Positions 18,865-28,603 of a DNA stretch of 64,000 nt are shown here, piece by piece (the first letter of the stretch is position 1; the number at the start of each line of letters is the position of its first letter). Made by a program: the position numbers and the translations under genes. Below the pieces are notes generated by a model. It made no database searches and was not told the DNA's origin. It saw only the letters and a program-made list of their open reading frames with translations. Origin of the DNA: an uncultured virus (IMG/VR IMGVR_UViG_3300045996_004413) (taxonomy: Duplodnaviria; Heunggongvirae; Uroviricota; Caudoviricetes). The stretch is taken from IMG/VR virus record IMGVR_UViG_3300045996_004413. The stretch is one strand, 5' to 3'.

Positions 18865-20190
18865 CTATCCAATTACATTGACGCGAAGCGTGGCGGCATT
18901 GGCCAAGGTGAAATAGGTGATGGTGCAGGTGGCAGTGGAAGTAGTTTGGATCTCGCACTGCACCACGTTGCCGCTGGAGTCTTTGACCTGCACGACCACA
19001 TCCGTGGTCCCCAGGTTGTGGGTGATCACAAACGCGGTCGTGGTGCCGTCACCGGTAATGGTGGTCGAATACTTGGTCGTCGCGCCCAGGTTGGTCCTGG
19101 CGCCCGCGGCGGTGGTGGACCCGGTGCCGCCGTACAAGACCGCCACCGCGGTACCCTGCCAGACGCCTGTGCCGATCGTACCCAGGGTGGTGATCGAAGC
19201 CTGGCCGACGTACCCGGTGTCGATGTTGAGCGTGATCGAGCCGTTGCCGTTGGTCACGCTCAATCGGCTGGCCGTCCCGGTTAAGGTGGCCTTGGTGAGG
19301 GTGTTGCCGGAGGTGTTGCCGATGAGGAGTTGTCCGTCGGTGTAGGACGCCTGCCCGGTGCCACCGCGGGCGACTGCTAAGGTACCGGCGCCGAAGTTGC
19401 CCGCGTCCAGCCCAGTCAGGCCGCTACCAGGGCCGGAAAAGCCGGCCGCGGAGGTAACCAAGCCGGTACTGGGGTGAATGGTGGTGGTCTGGGCAGCAAA
19501 TTTGGCCCCACCGGCGACCAGCAGGGCGTTGGCGGTGGTGTCCGTGATATGCCAGGTGCCGGTCATCGTGCCGGCGCCTGCCGCGGTCACTGCAAGATTA
19601 CCCGCCGCGGCGGTGAAGTTACCTGCGCCTAGGCCGACAGTGCCGCCCCCGGTGACAACCAAAGCGGTGGTGGCGTTCAGCACAAGGCTGCCTGACACGC
19701 CCACCACACTGGGGGTGGCAATGCTGGTGGCGAAAGTGGGCGAGGTGTGCAGTACCACCGAGCCGGTGCCGGTGGAAGTTGTGGTGCCAGTGCCGCCGTT
19801 GGCCACGGCGATCGTGGTGCCGTTCCAGGTGCCGGTGGTTATTGTGCCCAGGGTGGTGATCGACGTTTGCCCGACGTACCCGGTGTCGATTGAGATCGTG
19901 TTGCTGTCGATTGAGATGCCCGTACCAGGGCTGAAAGCTGCCGCTGATGCCACGGCGTCCGCGATCGCCTCATCCCAATCGCTAATATCAAGATGGCTTA
20001 TTGTCAGGGGAGTTTGGGATCCACCGCTTAGTTGGAATGTCGCCAACTGCCGCTGCAGGTTCTCAACATCCACGCGGACCTGGCCGCCCGGAAAACAGTC
20101 CGTGAGCAGGTCGATGAGTCGCATGACGACCGCTGGGAGAGTTTCCCTAGTGACCAAAAACCCTCGATAGCGACCCACGCGATTCTCCAC
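18865..20190 (-). CDS. tail fibre-like protein
   Basis: Repeated YVGQxSITTLGTIxTGxWxGT..AV..GGTG; C-terminal ITHNLGTTDVVVQV; start uncertain. Confidence 0.7.
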   Translation of the reverse strand: MENRVGRYRGFLVTRETLPAVVMRLIDLLTDCFPGGQVRVDVENLQRQLATFQLSGGSQTPLTISHLDISDWDEAIADAVASAAAFSPGTGISIDSNTISIDTGYVGQTSITTLGTITTGTWNGTTIAVANGGTGTTTSTGTGSVVLHTSPTFATSIATPSVVGVSGSLVLNATTALVVTGGGTVGLGAGNFTAAAGNLAVTAAGAGTMTGTWHITDTTANALLVAGGAKFAAQTTTIHPSTGLVTSAAGFSGPGSGLTGLDAGNFGAGTLAVARGGTGQASYTDGQLLIGNTSGNTLTKATLTGTASRLSVTNGNGSITLNIDTGYVGQASITTLGTIGTGVWQGTAVAVLYGGTGSTTAAGARTNLGATTKYSTTITGDGTTTAFVITHNLGTTDVVVQVKDSSGNVVQCEIQTTSTATCTITYFTLANAATLRVNVIG

Positions 20191-20242
20191 TAGGGGTTGT
20201 GCCCAACCCGCATTTTATCACAGATGAGTAGAGTCGTCGTGC

Positions 20243-21985
20243 TTACCGGTAAACGGTGATCACCGGGCTGCCGAAGGATCCGTCGTCGTACTTGGTGATC
20301 GCAGTAACGGTGATCGACTCGATCCGCTTTTGCGTTCCGGGGGGCTTGGGGTCCACGGGGTTGCTGTCCGGAGGCGTTACGGGCACGTCCGGGGCCAGCG
20401 TGAACACCTTGACGATGGTCTCGCTGCCCTTCTTGGCTGTCAGGGTGTGCTTGGTGGCCTTGTCCGGAATCGTGCTGATGTAGCCGCGGTACAGGCCGAC
20501 GCCATTAGCGCCGCGGGTGAATTCGCGGGTCTCCGTTAACTCGACCGGGGCGAACTTGGGGTCCGGCGTCCCATCGTCCTTGGCGGTCTGCAGGACAAGC
20601 GACTCCGCATCGGTGTCCACATGCAACTGGACGGGCGTAATACGGGGGGTGCCAGTAATCACGGTCAAGGCGGGCTTGAGGACATTAAACAGCATGGCTT
20701 TCTCCGGAGGGGGAACAGTACCGGGATTAACGGTGAGCACGACGCTGGCGGGTTTGACACCGCCGGTGCCCGTTGCAGTCAGGGCGTAAATGGTCGTGGC
20801 GGCAGGAAATACTTCCCGGCTGCCGTTGGGTTCGACAATTTCGCCGTTGATCTTCACGCTGACGTTGGCGTTGGAGGTGTTCCACGACAGCAGGGACTTG
20901 CCCCCGCGGGTGATGGTGTCGGGATTGAGCGTGAGATTGACCGTGGGCGCCACCGGGGCAGGAGCAGGCTCAGGCTGCGGCGAGGGGTCGATCGGGGGCA
21001 ATGGATCCTGAGAAGTGGGCACGGCCCCTGAGAGGGCGAAATCGGCAATCACAAGCATAGAGCCGTAATTGGCGGCGTCTTCCTGGCGGATCGGCAGGTA
21101 CATCGGCGGAAAGCGGACGCCCCACGGATTCACGCCTTCCATCCGCTGGTTCACGTGGTAGGCGTGCCGGGCGATGTACCCGGCCGTGGTCACCGCCGGG
21201 GTGCCAAAGCTCACGCCGTGCCCGGCGGTCACCGCCGCGCGGATGGCGTTGACGATGTTGGCCTGGCCGGGGATCTGGTTCTTGAGAACCTGCCTGCCAA
21301 ACAGCAGGTTGACGACCTCGGTCATCCAACCCATGTTCTGGGCGTTGTAGTCGTTGTTGTCGGAGATAACTTCTCCGGTGACAGATTTTTTCAGGTAGCG
21401 GGCGAAGGCCCAGAGCTTTTCAAAGACTTTGAAGGCAATGAAGCCCTCGGGCCCGATCGAGACGCCCACGTTGCCCAGGTTGTAATCCATGATGAATGTC
21501 AGCGGCTGGCTGGTGTCGCCGGCAAAGAAACCGTAAGCCGCGATGCGACCGTCCGGTAGTGCGACGATGCGTTCCCGCAACTTGTTGTAAGCCACGGTGA
21601 TCGCCATGTTCAAAGCGGCGAGGGCGTAACAATTCAGCAGCCCGCCCTGGTGGCTCAGTTGCTCGACGATCTTGATCAGGGCGAGCACCAGGTCCCACCC
21701 GGTCAGGTCGGGATCGAGGTCGGGCCAGAGCTTGTGATCGATGTAGAGGGTGGTGCCCTGGCTGTTCTTGCCCACGGGCACCTGGACGTACTGGCGGGGA
21801 GCGCCTACGACGAGATGCGAGTCGACGAGTTCGACGATTTCAACATCGGGCTCGTCAACCGCGTCACCAATGGTCAAGCCCATGGCGCCCAGCGCAGTGA
21901 AGTTGCTCGAGGCGTTATTGAGCTTGCGCAGGCGTTCGAGCTGGTTGAAGTTCGATAGCAGCGCGGCGTAATTCGGCATGGGCAT
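20243..21985 (-). CDS. calpain-like (C2) cysteine protease with C-terminal Ig-like domains
   Basis: QGGLLNCYALAAL, HAY and NPWG triad motifs; Pro linker; PTVNLT...LSWNTSNA...TTIYALTATGTGG Ig-like domain. Confidence 0.7.
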   Translation of the reverse strand: MPMPNYAALLSNFNQLERLRKLNNASSNFTALGAMGLTIGDAVDEPDVEIVELVDSHLVVGAPRQYVQVPVGKNSQGTTLYIDHKLWPDLDPDLTGWDLVLALIKIVEQLSHQGGLLNCYALAALNMAITVAYNKLRERIVALPDGRIAAYGFFAGDTSQPLTFIMDYNLGNVGVSIGPEGFIAFKVFEKLWAFARYLKKSVTGEVISDNNDYNAQNMGWMTEVVNLLFGRQVLKNQIPGQANIVNAIRAAVTAGHGVSFGTPAVTTAGYIARHAYHVNQRMEGVNPWGVRFPPMYLPIRQEDAANYGSMLVIADFALSGAVPTSQDPLPPIDPSPQPEPAPAPVAPTVNLTLNPDTITRGGKSLLSWNTSNANVSVKINGEIVEPNGSREVFPAATTIYALTATGTGGVKPASVVLTVNPGTVPPPEKAMLFNVLKPALTVITGTPRITPVQLHVDTDAESLVLQTAKDDGTPDPKFAPVELTETREFTRGANGVGLYRGYISTIPDKATKHTLTAKKGSETIVKVFTLAPDVPVTPPDSNPVDPKPPGTQKRIESITVTAITKYDDGSFGSPVITVYR

Positions 21986-22013
21986 CCCCTTGTGAGAGCA
22001 TCGAGTCTAACAG

Positions 22014-22739
22014 ATGAGCACAGTCAAGGGGAAGCTAAATTCTGCTCTTGTACAGCAGGGTCAAATCGGGCATCATGTGCGTCGCTGGAATTACTACACA
22101 CTGGGAGTCCTCATGGGACTTGTTCTACCCCCGGAGCTGCGGAAGCACCCGGAGTTTCTTCGCATACAGCAGGAAAACGCTGTCGGGCTGCCGCGCACCA
22201 TCTTGATGCAGACGCTGGTGTTCGGAACAGCCTTGGCTAACGACGAACAGTTCGCCGTTAAATTCCTCGAGGCCTCGCAGGAGTACAACGTTCCTGCGGT
22301 GGTCCAGGTCCAAAAGGAGGTGGTGCAGGATCCCGGTGCACCACCGCGGGTGATAACGTGGCGCGGGGCGATCTTCGTGGACGTCAGCTGCGAGCGATTC
22401 GACGACATCAACATCGTCGTTTCGGATGTCCGCATCAACATGATGAACATGTCGCCCACGGACTTCCTGCCGGTGTTCACCGGGGCCAAGGGTTTTGGCG
22501 GCCTGGTCACCGTCGCCAACATCATGGGCACGCTGTACCCCACGGATCTCCTGCAGACCGTGGCCAACCACGATGTAAAGGGCAACCTGCTTGCGGAGGC
22601 TGGTTACTCGGCCACCAATGTCGTTGATTCGTTTCGATACGAGTCCGGCGAGTTGAAAAAGCGGACGCACAAAATTGGATCGCTCCTGACGAAGGCCCAG
22701 CACGCCATCGTCATGCAGCGGATTATGGGCATGTTTTGA
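22014..22739 (+). CDS. hypothetical protein
   Basis: 241 aa, divergent from the structural block. Confidence 0.7.
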   Translation: MSTVKGKLNSALVQQGQIGHHVRRWNYYTLGVLMGLVLPPELRKHPEFLRIQQENAVGLPRTILMQTLVFGTALANDEQFAVKFLEASQEYNVPAVVQVQKEVVQDPGAPPRVITWRGAIFVDVSCERFDDINIVVSDVRINMMNMSPTDFLPVFTGAKGFGGLVTVANIMGTLYPTDLLQTVANHDVKGNLLAEAGYSATNVVDSFRYESGELKKRTHKIGSLLTKAQHAIVMQRIMGMF

Positions 22740-22746
22740 GGTTTGT

Positions 22747-23289
22747 ATGGCATTGTGGTTGGATCGCAAGCCCGGGGAGACTGTGCAACTGGGGGGTGTT
22801 ATCGACGTAACGGTCGCAGTCATAAGCGGGGGACAGGTCAGGCTCACCGTGGACGCCCCGGAATGCGTGAGCATCGTCAAGGTTGATGCCCGGGGCCAGA
22901 TCGAGCGGCCCGAGGATAGGGTAGCGTCGCCCAGCTTGAAGCAGTCACCCGCCTACGTGGCGCCGTGGGCTTTGCTCGATAACGTGGCGGCGATCTCCGC
23001 GGAGTTTCACCGGCACAGCAAGTATGACGAATTTTATGACACGTTCGGCGCGAAACTGGCCGGGTTCCCGGGGATCTGGGATTTCTGCGCACAGCTCGGC
23101 GTGTATGCCACCGAGGCGCAGCTTGCCATCAAGAAGCAGGATTCCTACGAGTGGCTGGACGTGGTGCTCGATATTGTCAGCAGTGTTATCGCGACCTCGC
23201 TGATGGAAGGGAAGATCCCCGACAACGAGGGGCTTCGGACCCTGATCAAGAATTCATTCGCGAGGGCCACTTACGAGACCACAACATGA
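22747..23289 (+). CDS. CsrA-like domain fused to unknown helical domain
   Basis: MALWLDRKPGETVQLGGVIDVTVAVISGGQVRLTVDAPECVSI matches the CsrA pattern. Confidence 0.75.
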   Translation: MALWLDRKPGETVQLGGVIDVTVAVISGGQVRLTVDAPECVSIVKVDARGQIERPEDRVASPSLKQSPAYVAPWALLDNVAAISAEFHRHSKYDEFYDTFGAKLAGFPGIWDFCAQLGVYATEAQLAIKKQDSYEWLDVVLDIVSSVIATSLMEGKIPDNEGLRTLIKNSFARATYETTT

Positions 23290-23888
23290 ATGCGCTGCGT
23301 ATGCCGACGATTGACGAACTGCCGACCCTTTGGCTGCTTGGCGCTATCTGCTCCGGCAAGGACACGATCGCCAAGGAGCTTAACGCTGTGGGCTTCAAGA
23401 CCGTGTCGATCTCGCTGCTCATTGCCGAGGAGATCGCCGAGCGGATGAACATCACCGTGGAGGAAGCGTACCGCCGCAAGGACGAGCTGCGGACGCTGTG
23501 GCAGGATATTGGCACCGAGCGGCGGACCCAGGACAAGAATTACTGGATCAACAAGCTCGTCACCCGGATGAACGACGGCAAGTACGTGATGGCCAGCGCC
23601 CGGTTCTGTACCGAGTCCACCGCGGCAATGTCCCGGGGCGACTTTGTGCTCAAGGTGCTGTGCGACGAGCCAACGCGGCAGGAACGCATCAAGAAAATCT
23701 ACCCCAGCCTCACCGCCGCCAACGCAAATCATGCCGCGGAGAGCGAGATCGAGTTGGCCCCTTACCATGCGACGATTTACGGCACCTTGAAGCCCAAGGA
23801 CATAATCCCTGCGATCCAGTTTGCCTTCTGGCACTGGACGAGCGTTGGGCGGCCGGTGATCGTCCCCGGGAGATCCCATGGCGGATGA
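23286..23888 (+). CDS. deoxynucleoside monophosphate kinase-like P-loop protein
   Basis: GAICSGKDT; R..WQDIGTE.R..DKNYWI; ARFCTE; HAAE. Confidence 0.8.
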   Translation: MNALRMPTIDELPTLWLLGAICSGKDTIAKELNAVGFKTVSISLLIAEEIAERMNITVEEAYRRKDELRTLWQDIGTERRTQDKNYWINKLVTRMNDGKYVMASARFCTESTAAMSRGDFVLKVLCDEPTRQERIKKIYPSLTAANANHAAESEIELAPYHATIYGTLKPKDIIPAIQFAFWHWTSVGRPVIVPGRSHGG

Positions 23889-24144
23889 CTGGGTCGAACC
23901 GCCGCGGAAGAATTACCGTCCGCGGATCGAATGCCCGATTGACGATATCGAGATACCCATCGGCCACGCTACCAAGCTGGGGCCGCCCCCCGAAACCAGG
24001 CCCGGTGTGCGGGCTACCTGCGGCGACTGCGGTCACCAGGTTGAATGCGCCGGCCGCGGGGTCCCGTCGGTCAAGCGGGCCCTGATGATGCTGCGGGAAA
24101 CCTGCCCCGAGAAGCAGGACAATTTCTACGTCTCCGAAAAGTGA
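23878..24144 (+). CDS. small Cys-rich protein
   Basis: CGDCGH; LRETCP...NFY. Confidence 0.65.
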   Translation: MADDWVEPPRKNYRPRIECPIDDIEIPIGHATKLGPPPETRPGVRATCGDCGHQVECAGRGVPSVKRALMMLRETCPEKQDNFYVSEK

Positions 24145-24150
24145 GGAACC

Positions 24151-24414
24151 ATGGCAGAGATCAATACCATCAAGCAGCTCAACGAAAAACTGGTCGTCGA
24201 TTATCGGCGCTTGGCGCTCCAGGCCTTCAATCACCGGTTGAAATCCAACAATGAAGTCAACCTGCCGAAGGCCGAAAGCACAGAGCTGGTGATGCAGTAC
24301 ATCAACGAACTGCGAAGGGCCATGGGCGAGCCGGAGATCGAGACGAAGGTGGAGCTGGAAGGTAACCAGCCGGTCCTGTATGAGAAGACCGGCTGGCGGA
24401 AGGCTAACGTTTAA
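24151..24414 (+). CDS. hypothetical protein
   Basis: GAGG RBS; 87 aa. Confidence 0.65.
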   Translation: MAEINTIKQLNEKLVVDYRRLALQAFNHRLKSNNEVNLPKAESTELVMQYINELRRAMGEPEIETKVELEGNQPVLYEKTGWRKANV

Positions 24415-24769
24415 CCGGGAACTTAAACGGTTCCCCGGGATCGAGCGTGACGTCAGGCGAGGCCGGGGGCGGGGGAGGTGGAAGCGGTTTTTGATCGGGA
24501 AACAGCAGGCCTGTAGGCGCTGCTGTTTTCTCTTCGTCCTGCTTCATGTGCAGAACGACGTCCAGAACGTAACCCACGCCGGCGATGAGGATCTCGAAGA
24601 TGAAATTGCTGAGCTCGGTGCTGATCTCCGGCGGCAGGCCTGGCTGGGTGCCTGCGACCGTGCCCGTGCCCATGGAGCCCATGCGGTAGGCAATCCAGGT
24701 CGTAAGGAGGATGGCAATATACCGGGCAAGGATCTGGGCTCGCCGCATGATAAGTCCGCGAGGCGTCAT
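24404..24769 (-). CDS. small membrane protein (holin-like topology)
   Basis: Two hydrophobic segments; AGGAG RBS on the minus strand. Confidence 0.55.
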   Translation of the reverse strand: MTPRGLIMRRAQILARYIAILLTTWIAYRMGSMGTGTVAGTQPGLPPEISTELSNFIFEILIAGVGYVLDVVLHMKQDEEKTAAPTGLLFPDQKPLPPPPPPASPDVTLDPGEPFKFPVKR

Positions 24770-24832
24770 AAGAGGCTCCTGTTCCTACAGTTGGGCTGAG
24801 CCTTCAATATACCCTGAAAAGAGAGAAAACGT

Positions 24833-26647
24833 GTGACAAAATTCATCCTTCCCAACGATGTGTTCCTGCAGCATGTGGCGGTGCTGGGAAAAACGGGTTC
24901 CGGGAAATCCTCCGCCATGCGGTTGATGGTTGAGCACCTGCTCGACCAGAAAAAACCGATATGCGTCATCGACCCCAAGGGGGATTGGTGGGGCATCAAG
25001 TCCTCGGGCGACGGCAAGTCGGCGGGCTACGAGGTTGTCATCTTCGGCGGAGAACACGCCGACGTCGCGATCGACGAGCGGGCCGGGGCCAGCGTTGCGG
25101 AATTGGTGGCGACGGGCAACCGCCCGGCGATCATCGACCTGGGCGGCTGGACCGTGCACGCCCGCACCCGGTTCTTCATCCAGTTTGCCGAGATGTTCTT
25201 TAAGCTGTCCCGCGGGCAGCGGTGGCTGTGCTTGGACGAAGTGCACAACTTCGTACCCAAGGGCAAGATCATGTCGCCCGAGGCAGGCCTGATGCTGCAC
25301 TGGGGCAACCGCCTGGCGTCCGAAGGTCGCGGCAAGGGCATCAACCTGATAGCCGCATCGCAGCGGCCGCAGAAAGTCCACAACGACTTCCTGACGTCCT
25401 GCGAGACCCTGATTGCAATGCGGGTGATTCACCCCGCGGACAGGCAGGCGATCGCTGACTGGCTGCAGGGCGCCGGCGACGCCGCCAAGGCCAAGGAGGT
25501 GCTGGACACGCTCGCGCAGAACGCCCGCGGCGAGGGCTGGGTCTGGTCGCCGGAGATCGGCTTTGGCCCCGCCCGCGTGAAGTTTCCCATGTTCAATACT
25601 TTCGACTCCTTCGCCGCCAGCGCCAACAGCGGGGAAGTGAAGCTCAAGGGTTGGGCGTCGGTGGACCTGGACGAGGTGCGAGCGAAGCTGGTCACGGTGA
25701 TCGAGGAGGCGAAAGCCAATGACCCCGCAGAACTCAAACGCAAGATCGCCGATCTCCAGCGGCAACTGAAGGCCTCTGCTGCAAAGCCTGTCGAAGTCGA
25801 GAGCCGCAAGACGCAGCAGACAATTCTGGCCCTACGGAAAGGACTTGAGGAAGCCATGAAAGTAATTGCGAAGATAACCGCCTCTGGTTTTGAGAAGACC
25901 AGCGTGGATCCAGAACAGATCAAAAAGGCGATTGAGGCGGCAACCGACAGGATCGTCAAACTGGTCGAGACCGACCTGACGAAGAAGGCCGCCGAGTTTG
26001 ACAAGTTGAAGCACGACGCCCGGCAGGTGCTCAACAAATTGGCCAAGCTGCTGGAGACCGACACCACCGTGGCCGTCGGCATCAAGCAGCAGGATCCCTT
26101 CCTGGTCACGCTACCGAAGGCGAGGGCGAGGGCCCAGGGCGGCGATGAAGAAAGCGACGAGAGCGAAGACGCGGGCGGCGACCTGGGAGGCGGAGCCCTG
26201 AACCGTATTATGCGGGTCCTAGCCCAGTACCCTGAGGGCGTAACCCCAGCGAAAGTCGCGGTGCTCGCCAACATTCGCAAGGGTGGCAGCACCATGCGTA
26301 ATTCGCTGTCCAAGGGTCGAAAAAATGGTTGGATCGTCGGTGGCATCGGCGACACGCTGAAGGCCACAGGTGATGGCGTTGCCGCTTTGGGCAAGTATGA
26401 GCCGTTGCCAACCGGTGCCGCCCTGCGGCGTTACTGGCAGCAGGAGCTTGGCGAGGGCGCCCCGCGTCAGATATTCGACCTGGTGCTCCAGGCATATCCC
26501 GGCCCGATCGACAAGGAGACCATCGGCGAGCAGACGGGCATCGTTGTAAATGGCAGCACGATGCGCAATGCCCTGAGCCGGCTGCGCACGCTGGAGTTGA
26601 TTTCACGAGACCAGATCCGGGCGTCTGAGTTTCTTTTCGAGGAATGA
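24833..26647 (+). CDS. HerA/FtsK-like (DUF87) ATPase with coiled coil and tandem C-terminal wHTH
   Basis: HVAVLGKTGSGKS, VIDPKGDW, LCLDEVH, GRGKGI...SQRPQ. Confidence 0.88.
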   Translation: MTKFILPNDVFLQHVAVLGKTGSGKSSAMRLMVEHLLDQKKPICVIDPKGDWWGIKSSGDGKSAGYEVVIFGGEHADVAIDERAGASVAELVATGNRPAIIDLGGWTVHARTRFFIQFAEMFFKLSRGQRWLCLDEVHNFVPKGKIMSPEAGLMLHWGNRLASEGRGKGINLIAASQRPQKVHNDFLTSCETLIAMRVIHPADRQAIADWLQGAGDAAKAKEVLDTLAQNARGEGWVWSPEIGFGPARVKFPMFNTFDSFAASANSGEVKLKGWASVDLDEVRAKLVTVIEEAKANDPAELKRKIADLQRQLKASAAKPVEVESRKTQQTILALRKGLEEAMKVIAKITASGFEKTSVDPEQIKKAIEAATDRIVKLVETDLTKKAAEFDKLKHDARQVLNKLAKLLETDTTVAVGIKQQDPFLVTLPKARARAQGGDEESDESEDAGGDLGGGALNRIMRVLAQYPEGVTPAKVAVLANIRKGGSTMRNSLSKGRKNGWIVGGIGDTLKATGDGVAALGKYEPLPTGAALRRYWQQELGEGAPRQIFDLVLQAYPGPIDKETIGEQTGIVVNGSTMRNALSRLRTLELISRDQIRASEFLFEE

Positions 26648-26653
26648 CGCTCC

Positions 26654-27796
26654 ATGCCCGACGCACCTGTAATCCCTGAATTTGGTGATTTTACCCCCGA
26701 CCAGGTCAACGCCATCGAGACACTGGTCCAGTGGGCTGAAGATCCGCTGCGGCCGCAGTCGATGACGTTGGGCGGGTACGCAGGCACTGGGAAGACCACG
26801 GTCATCCGGTACCTGCTCATGCAGATGGTGAGCCTGCTGCACAAGAAGCTGGGTCGGCCCGGGGTGATTGCCCCCACCGGCAAAGCCGCGGACGTGCTGC
26901 GGCGAAAGGGCATCTTCGAGGCCCAGACATTCCACTCGGCGATCTACCAGCCGGTGGACGTGCTCGATGGCGTCGCGTACATCAAGAAACCGGAATTGCC
27001 GTTCTCGTGGCTTATCTGCGATGAAGCCTCGATGGTAACCACCGACATGTACGTCGACGCGTTGTCGTTCCATGTGCCGATCCTCTGGGTGGGCGACATG
27101 GGTCAGCTCGAGCCGGTGGGCGAAAACCCGCAGATCATGGCCGACCCCATGATTCGCCTGGAGCAGATACACAGGCAGGCCGAGGGCTCGGACATCATTC
27201 GCCTGTCCAAGTGGGTGCGGGAAGGCCGGGACCCCCGGCAGTTCATCCCCACTCTGCGTGCCCCGGGCACCCCGCCCCAGGTGGTAATTGGCACCTCGCG
27301 GGACTTTGATAACTCGCTGATCTACGCCGACCACGTGATGTGCGGGTTTAATCGTACCCGCATCGGCACCAACCGCTGGTTCCGTAATTACCATAAGCGA
27401 GGTCCGGACCCGGAGGCCGGCGACAAGGTCATCTGCCTGCAGAACAACAAGTACGCGGGCGTGTTCAACGGCATGATGGGCAAAATCGTCGAGGTCAGGC
27501 GCAAGCAGGAGCCGCTGATCTTCTGCGACGTGGAAGACGAGAGCGGCAATGTCCTTTCCAATGTGAGCATGTGGCTGGAGCAGTTCAACAACGAGCAAAA
27601 TTGCTGGGCGAAGTTCCGCAACAAGCTGATCACCTACTGGGATTACGCCGGGGTGGTCACCGTTCACAAGTCCCAGGGCTCGGAGTATGCAAAGGTGTTG
27701 GTGAAAGAAGAATTACATCCTGATTGGGCCGCGGCCCGTTGGCGCTATACCGCCGTTACGCGCGCGTCGTCCCAGCTCGTTTACTGCTGTCTTTGA
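26654..27796 (+). CDS. Dda/RecD-like SF1B helicase
   Basis: GYAGTGKTT, APTGKAA, DEASM, GDMGQLEPV, HRQA, TVHKSQGSE, YTAVTRA. Confidence 0.93.
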   Translation: MPDAPVIPEFGDFTPDQVNAIETLVQWAEDPLRPQSMTLGGYAGTGKTTVIRYLLMQMVSLLHKKLGRPGVIAPTGKAADVLRRKGIFEAQTFHSAIYQPVDVLDGVAYIKKPELPFSWLICDEASMVTTDMYVDALSFHVPILWVGDMGQLEPVGENPQIMADPMIRLEQIHRQAEGSDIIRLSKWVREGRDPRQFIPTLRAPGTPPQVVIGTSRDFDNSLIYADHVMCGFNRTRIGTNRWFRNYHKRGPDPEAGDKVICLQNNKYAGVFNGMMGKIVEVRRKQEPLIFCDVEDESGNVLSNVSMWLEQFNNEQNCWAKFRNKLITYWDYAGVVTVHKSQGSEYAKVLVKEELHPDWAAARWRYTAVTRASSQLVYCCL

Positions 27797-27802
27797 GGAT
27801 CT

Positions 27803-28603
27803 ATGGTTGTAGCCTTGGAAGATTTCGGGCGGGACCATTTCTCGCTGCTGATGTACCTGGAAAGCTGCGTGGTGGATAATCCGGTGCCCAAGATGAAAAA
27901 CACCGGGCGGTACGCCCTGGAGCGGCTGCGGTGCAACCCCGACCGCCGCCCTCACAAACTCGGTAATCGAGGGGCGAGGTGGCTGCCGACACATGGAACC
28001 CGGCTGTTTGGGTTCAAGGAGGGCATCCGCGACCGGCAACTGCCCGAGCATGACGATCACGACTGCCTGGAGGATCTTGAAGCCGCAGGGATGGTAAGCA
28101 CCCTGCCCGCCGACGCGATCTCCCTGACCCCATATGGGCTGGCGGTGGCGGCAAAGCTGCGGGAGTGGAAAGCTGCCCAGCAGCCTCTCGGGATGTTCAA
28201 GGCGCCGGCGCCCAAGAGCGTGGCGTACGACTTGGCTACCCACCCAGTGGTGCGGCAATGGCAGGAGGTGTCGCTGGCACTCTTCTCCCGCGTGGAGACG
28301 CACTTTAGCCCCGGGGAGCACGTGGCGATCCGCCGGGTGATTTACGAGGGCCTGCCCAAGTTGTTCGCCGCGGCAGGCGAGAAACACGTGAGCGTATCGA
28401 AGGATAACTGGTGGAACCGGATGCAGGCGGCAGCCTGCGAGCTGGACGACCCCACAACGCTGCAGCCCATCCTGGACCTGACAGCGACGATCGAGGACTC
28501 GGATTGGCAAGCAGTAGGACCCAGAGAAGTTGGAGCAAGCGATGAGCCTGGTGGCGATGGCAGTGGGACCCAAGGGCAACCCGCTGCCCACAAAGTTGGT
28601 TAA
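27803..28603 (+). CDS. hypothetical phage protein
   Basis: 266 aa; HDDHDCLEDLEAAG motif. Confidence 0.7.
   Translation: MVVALEDFGRDHFSLLMYLESCVVDNPVPKMKNTGRYALERLRCNPDRRPHKLGNRGARWLPTHGTRLFGFKEGIRDRQLPEHDDHDCLEDLEAAGMVSTLPADAISLTPYGLAVAAKLREWKAAQQPLGMFKAPAPKSVAYDLATHPVVRQWQEVSLALFSRVETHFSPGEHVAIRRVIYEGLPKLFAAAGEKHVSVSKDNWWNRMQAAACELDDPTTLQPILDLTATIEDSDWQAVGPREVGASDEPGGDGSGTQGQPAAHKVG

Noticed and set aside
24833..27796. HerA-based defence system (Sir2-HerA, Nezha-like)
   Set aside because: No Sir2, NurA or nuclease partner adjacent; the context is a phage replication region.
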